From Candidatus Vogelbacteria bacterium (GTDB lineage Bacteria > Patescibacteriota > Minisyncoccia > Phycocordibacterales > UBA12445), in NCBI GenBank assembly GCA_016215345.1, contig JACRKD010000043.1, positions 1 through 38,158 on the forward strand: a stretch of 38,158 nucleotides of DNA, given 5' to 3'. Under the pieces are notes generated by a model, which saw nothing but the letters and a program-made list of their open reading frames with translations, searched no databases and was not told the origin of the DNA. Made by a program: the position numbers and the translations under genes. Positions 34,937-38,158 of the stretch are shown here, piece by piece (within the stretch, counting starts at the first letter, position 1; every line of letters starts with the position of its first letter).

Positions 34937-34999
34937 AACACGGCAACTAGCAAAGAAACGTAAAATTTGTTAACTTGGTAATGTATTGTTTGTGGTCTT

Positions 35000-35070
35000 T
35001 GCGGGGTCGTATAATGGTAGTACAGCGGCCTTTGAAGCCGTGAATCTTGGTCCGATTCCAAGCCCCGCAG
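35000..35070 (+). tRNA. tRNA-Gln (anticodon UUG)
   Basis: Manual cloverleaf. Acceptor TGCGGGG pairs with CCCCGCA (U1-A72). D arm is GTAT-AATGGTA-GTAC. Anticodon arm is GCGGC-CTTTGAA-GCCGT. T arm is CTTGG-TCCGATT-CCAAG. Discriminator is G and no CCA is encoded. Confidence 0.85.
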
Positions 35071-35081
35071 CAAATTAAAAA

Positions 35082-35100
35082 CCTCGCTAGTGGAGCGAGG
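35082..35100 (-). terminator. Hairpin terminator for the minus-strand gene ending at 35103
   Basis: CCTCGCT pairs with AGCGAGG, loop AGTGG. AAAAA on the plus-strand 5' side gives a U-tract on the minus strand. Confidence 0.7.
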
Positions 35101-35102
35101 AA

Positions 35103-36224
35103 CTAGAAGCCGAAGTTCTCTATGCGATTTCTAATCTTTTCTTTTACGCTTCTGTCGAAGTAGCTCAAGTAATAGAAAAGGTGCTGCATGTTTATCTCTT
35201 TGTAGAGATAGACGGAGAACCCTCGTAGGATCTTTTCCAGCAGGCCTCTGTTGAAGAGCGAAGCCACAATTTTGCGCAGACGCCTGAATCCCGCTCCAAA
35301 TTCGACAAAGTCGATGAATGGATCGGGGTTCGGTAGGGTGATATTCGTAGCGTCGAACTCAATGATCATGCATCTCGCGCCTCTGTGTTGGGCGAGTTCC
35401 AGATCGCGGATGAAGGTGTCGTGCTGGTAGGCGTCAGTAAAATATCGTTCCATCTCGGCGAGGTCAAAGGCTGTGGGCCCGTCTCTTCTTAGCGTGTGGG
35501 CGAATGTGCCGATGATGAAGAGTTTCCTCGGGTCCCTACCGCGTTTAACATGAGAGTCGATCGTCGACAGAAGGGGGATTGACTCTTTTTGGGCTGTGTC
35601 TACGAAGCTTTTCCCATTAACCATTTGTATCGCGAAAACATGTCTAATCGCGCACGAAGCTACAACCGCCTTGGAAATTTTGACTCCCGGTGTCGTCTCT
35701 CCCGAAAAAACATAAGTTTGAGAGCCATCTATCAAAGTCGCGACAACCTCAAGTGGTGGCGAGGTTTGGCGAAAGTCATTCGTTTTTAGGCCCTCGTCCA
35801 AAAGTTTTTCTATGTTTTCTCCTCGGACGATACCAACCCGATGATCTACAAGATGTTTAAGGATTGTGGAGACAGAGTAAACGAGCGAAAGGTAGTAGGC
35901 CCACAGATTTTTGAAATAATCCAGCCAACCCTTGGATTCGTTGTGTTCCGCGAATAGACCGATGTCTTCAACCACGTCTCTTAGGTGTAGTCGCATGAGA
36001 CCTTTTCTTATATCTTCTGCGGAGACGCCACTCGCGGCCAAGGATAGAGGGATTCCCGATCCGCTGGCTGTTCTAATTCCGTCTATATATTGCCTGAACG
36101 GCTCTAAGAGTCGCCATAGACTAAGCGAGGCCGCTATCGCGGGAAGTGCTCCGACGCTACCGACGACATAGATTGTGTATCCGTGCTCCTTTAGTTTCTT
36201 GAGGAACCTGCCGAGTTCTTCCAT
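35103..36224 (-). CDS. Patatin-like phospholipase-fold protein with degenerate catalytic motifs
   Basis: 373 aa. The overall motif order matches patatin, but VVGSVGALPAIAASL replaces GGGxRG, IRTASGSGIPLSLAASG replaces GxSxG, and VVASCAI...FVDTA replaces DGG/A. Confidence 0.6.
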   Translation of the reverse strand: MEELGRFLKKLKEHGYTIYVVGSVGALPAIAASLSLWRLLEPFRQYIDGIRTASGSGIPLSLAASGVSAEDIRKGLMRLHLRDVVEDIGLFAEHNESKGWLDYFKNLWAYYLSLVYSVSTILKHLVDHRVGIVRGENIEKLLDEGLKTNDFRQTSPPLEVVATLIDGSQTYVFSGETTPGVKISKAVVASCAIRHVFAIQMVNGKSFVDTAQKESIPLLSTIDSHVKRGRDPRKLFIIGTFAHTLRRDGPTAFDLAEMERYFTDAYQHDTFIRDLELAQHRGARCMIIEFDATNITLPNPDPFIDFVEFGAGFRRLRKIVASLFNRGLLEKILRGFSVYLYKEINMQHLFYYLSYFDRSVKEKIRNRIENFGF

Positions 36225-36355
36225 GGTGAGCCTCTCTGCCTAAGGCAGATTGTTGTCGACAAATGTCGAGGGGGCTTTGTTTGTCAATGACCGTTTCCTT
36301 TCTTTTAAGTATAACCCAACTATTGTCGTAAAATCTAGGGGTAGAGGTCGGAACT

Positions 36356-36399
36356 AATGTCTTACTATCTTCCACGGTCATTGTTTTTAGTAAGACATT
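36356..36399. repeat. Long hairpin X3: 12 bp perfect stem with a 20 nt loop containing TTCCACGG
   Basis: AATGTCTTACTA (36356-36367) pairs with TAGTAAGACATT (36388-36399). The loop is TCTTCCACGGTCATTGTTTT. It is related to X1 at 27194-27235. Confidence 0.85.
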
Positions 36400-36545
36400 G
36401 AAAAGTTGGGAAGGAAGCGACGGCGAGATATAGAATCTTTGTCGAAGAAGGAAGTATGATGTCTTGTGGTGGAACTCGCCATTGGGGGAACTTTCCGCTA
36501 GGATGAGTTTGGTTATTAGTATTTAGAAAAAAAAGAGGTTGATAA

Positions 36546-36992
36546 ATGAGCATAACTTTGTCACAGGAAAAAGGCAAACCGTGCATCTATTGTACTTTGC
36601 CGGAGATACTTTCCAGAGAAATTTTGGGGAATAGTTTGGCGTGGGCATTTCCCACAAACATTCCTATTACACCGGGCCATATCTTAATTGCGCCGAGGCG
36701 ATGCGCACGAACATTTTTGGATTTAACCCCAGCAGAAAGAACCGCGGTGTTCGACCTTGTCGATAAAATAATTGAAGTTCTGAAAAAGGTTTACAGCGCC
36801 AATGGTTTTAACTGCGTTTGGAATGAGGGGAAACTTGCAGGGCAGTCTGTTTCTCATTTTCATCTGCATATAATTCAGAGGAAGGAGGGTGATACTGGGC
36901 TTTTGGGTTATGACCCGAGAAGCATGCTCTATTGCACTGGCGACAGGGAGCCAACATCAGAGGAGGAACTTCAGGAGGAGTTAGTAGACTAA
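36546..36992 (+). CDS. HIT-family nucleotide hydrolase/transferase
   Basis: 148 aa. Contains the histidine triad HFHLHII, the upstream PGHILIAPRR motif, and an AGAGG RBS. Confidence 0.85.
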   Translation: MSITLSQEKGKPCIYCTLPEILSREILGNSLAWAFPTNIPITPGHILIAPRRCARTFLDLTPAERTAVFDLVDKIIEVLKKVYSANGFNCVWNEGKLAGQSVSHFHLHIIQRKEGDTGLLGYDPRSMLYCTGDREPTSEEELQEELVD

Positions 36993-37041
36993 TAAAACAA
37001 GCGCTATAGCTATTTAGAAACGGAGTATCCAAGTTTGGGGT

Positions 37042-37073
37042 GCCACCGGGAGTGACCGCCGGTGGCCTTTTTT
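37042..37073 (+). terminator. Intrinsic terminator
   Basis: GCCACCGG pairs with CCGGTGGC (8 bp), 9 nt loop, then CTTTTTT. Confidence 0.8.
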
Positions 37074-37884
37074 ATATTTTTCTGGCGTAAACAGATATAC
37101 TTCTTCTCTTGCTGGCGTGTCCATTGTCTATGTGGCGATGGGAGCGGAGCATCTTCCAAATTTCGTAGTTTTCTTTTAGGTTTTCTTTTATTTCATCTTC
37201 GGTAAAAACGTGTTCGGCGACGCCGATTTTCGGATGTATATAAGAGCCTTTTTCTTCCGCCGGGTGTTCCCTTAGAAGTCTTATCGCGTTAATGTCTTCT
37301 TCCTTGAAAAATGTTTTTAGATAAAGCCAGCCACCGGGGATTAGGACCCTATAAATTTCTTTTATCAAACTTTTTCTCTCACTCTCATTTAAAAAATGAG
37401 AAGTCATCATATCTAGGACTATGGTTTGAGAATTGTCAGGTAGGTCTATACGGCCCGCGATAGATTTCATTTCGTATTTTAATCGCAGATCTTTTGAAAG
37501 GCTTTCTGCCTGTTTTATCGCCTCGAGTGAAATGTCGTACCCGACACCCCTTAGCCCGTAGGTTTTAGCGAGATAGATTAAATTTCTGCCGTTTCCACAG
37601 CCGAGATCTAGAACAGAGGCGCGGGAATTTAGTTTTATTAGGTTGTCATTTCTTTTGAGCCAGTTCGTGAACTTAATGAGGTCTTCACTTGGGTTATTCG
37701 AAAGGGCGAGGTGCGTACCCACCTTATATTCCTTATTCCAAAAACCCCTGGCATTTTTAGATTGTTTCGAATAAAATTTTTTCATTATTGATTGAATAGG
37801 CTGGTATCTTTTCTCACTCACCTTTCTCAAAATACAGTTTTCTCGCTCCAGCGGCGAGAAACTGTTGCGCTCTCGGCCAGACAT
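37072..37884 (-). CDS. Class I SAM-dependent methyltransferase
   Basis: Contains VLDLGCGNGRN (motif I) and the downstream motif LIPGGWLYL. The internal ATG at 37785 (MKKFYSK...) may be the real start. Confidence 0.85.
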   Translation of the reverse strand: MSGRERNSFSPLERENCILRKVSEKRYQPIQSIMKKFYSKQSKNARGFWNKEYKVGTHLALSNNPSEDLIKFTNWLKRNDNLIKLNSRASVLDLGCGNGRNLIYLAKTYGLRGVGYDISLEAIKQAESLSKDLRLKYEMKSIAGRIDLPDNSQTIVLDMMTSHFLNESERKSLIKEIYRVLIPGGWLYLKTFFKEEDINAIRLLREHPAEEKGSYIHPKIGVAEHVFTEDEIKENLKENYEIWKMLRSHRHIDNGHASKRRSISVYARKI

Positions 37885-38024
37885 CCCGACTATCGTCGGT
37901 AACCAATCTGTCTGTCCTCCGAGAGCTTTTCGAAAGATGAGTACGAAAATTCCCAGCCCGTATGCAAATACATTACAGCATGGTTCCGCTTGTATTTCAA
38001 GCTGGTTACGGCTATAATCCCCTT

Positions 38025-38158
38025 ATGAATTCCGGGAAAAGTTACATTTATGGCAGGCATGCTCTCATCGAGGCCATTAGAAACGCGCCCAAGTCTATCG
38101 ATAGGGTTTTCATTTTGCCTGAATTTAAAGATAGAGAGCTCTCTATTCTTTTGGAACA
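38025..38158 (+). CDS. TrmH/SpoU-family RNA 2'-O-methyltransferase (RlmB-like), 5' partial
   Basis: The N-terminus MNSGKSYIYGRHALIEAIRNAPKSIDRVFI resembles the SpoU substrate-binding domain. The ORF runs off the window end. Confidence 0.65.
   Translation, partial: MNSGKSYIYGRHALIEAIRNAPKSIDRVFILPEFKDRELSILLE

Noticed and set aside
1-38158. Alternative genetic code (UGA recoding as in Gracilibacteria/Absconditabacteria), CRISPR arrays, IS elements or transposases, rRNA genes.
   Set aside because: Well-conserved genes end at TGA, TAA or TAG at the expected lengths and have no internal stops. The only oddity is the single TAG at 7058. I saw no regularly spaced direct repeats, no transposase-, integrase- or Cas-like ORFs, and no rRNA-like sequence.

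Overview
This 38.2 kb window is a compact bacterial chromosome segment that uses the standard genetic code: ORFs terminate at TGA, TAA and TAG, and there is no sign of UGA recoding. About 40 genes are tightly packed, often with 4-20 nt overlaps. Most are housekeeping genes. Cell envelope and shape: murA, two mreB paralogs, mreC, an mreD-like gene, a PBP2 gene, a FemAB-family gene, and a short dcw block (mraZ-rsmH-ftsL-like-ftsI-murF). Translation: frr, proS, lysS, cysS, argS and tRNA-Gln(UUG). Replication: a holB-like gene and a short dnaX. Chaperones: grpE-dnaK-dnaJ. Also greA and rseP. The streamlined gene versions (ProRS without an editing insertion, a 343 aa DnaX) are compatible with a small-genome lineage such as CPR/Patescibacteria, but I cannot confirm that from sequence alone. 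No CRISPR array, transposase, integrase, rRNA or known defence operon is visible. Two things stand out. (1) Short, somewhat GC-richer blocks of orphan or accessory genes sit between housekeeping operons. They are a DHH-like gene plus a small ORF at 3411-4575, DUF218 at 15486-16100, a divergent orphan pair at 21288-22444, DUF5672 plus a Cys-rich protein at 27345-28355, a secreted beta-carbonic-anhydrase-like gene at 30962-31624, and a degenerate patatin-like gene divergent from a HIT gene at 35103-36992 next to tRNA-Gln. (2) Several families of unusually perfect repeated hairpins or palindromes occur. One is a pair of covarying long hairpins sharing a TTCCACGG loop. Another is a three-copy CACAAG-ACTAC-CTTGTG hairpin sitting just 3' of stop codons. 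A third is the recurring palindrome AAGGTT(C/G)AACCTT. There are also two long perfect palindromes embedded in frame inside femX-like and argS coding sequence. The hairpin families tend to sit at the borders of the accessory blocks. That association is the best candidate I can offer for something undescribed, and it remains inference.
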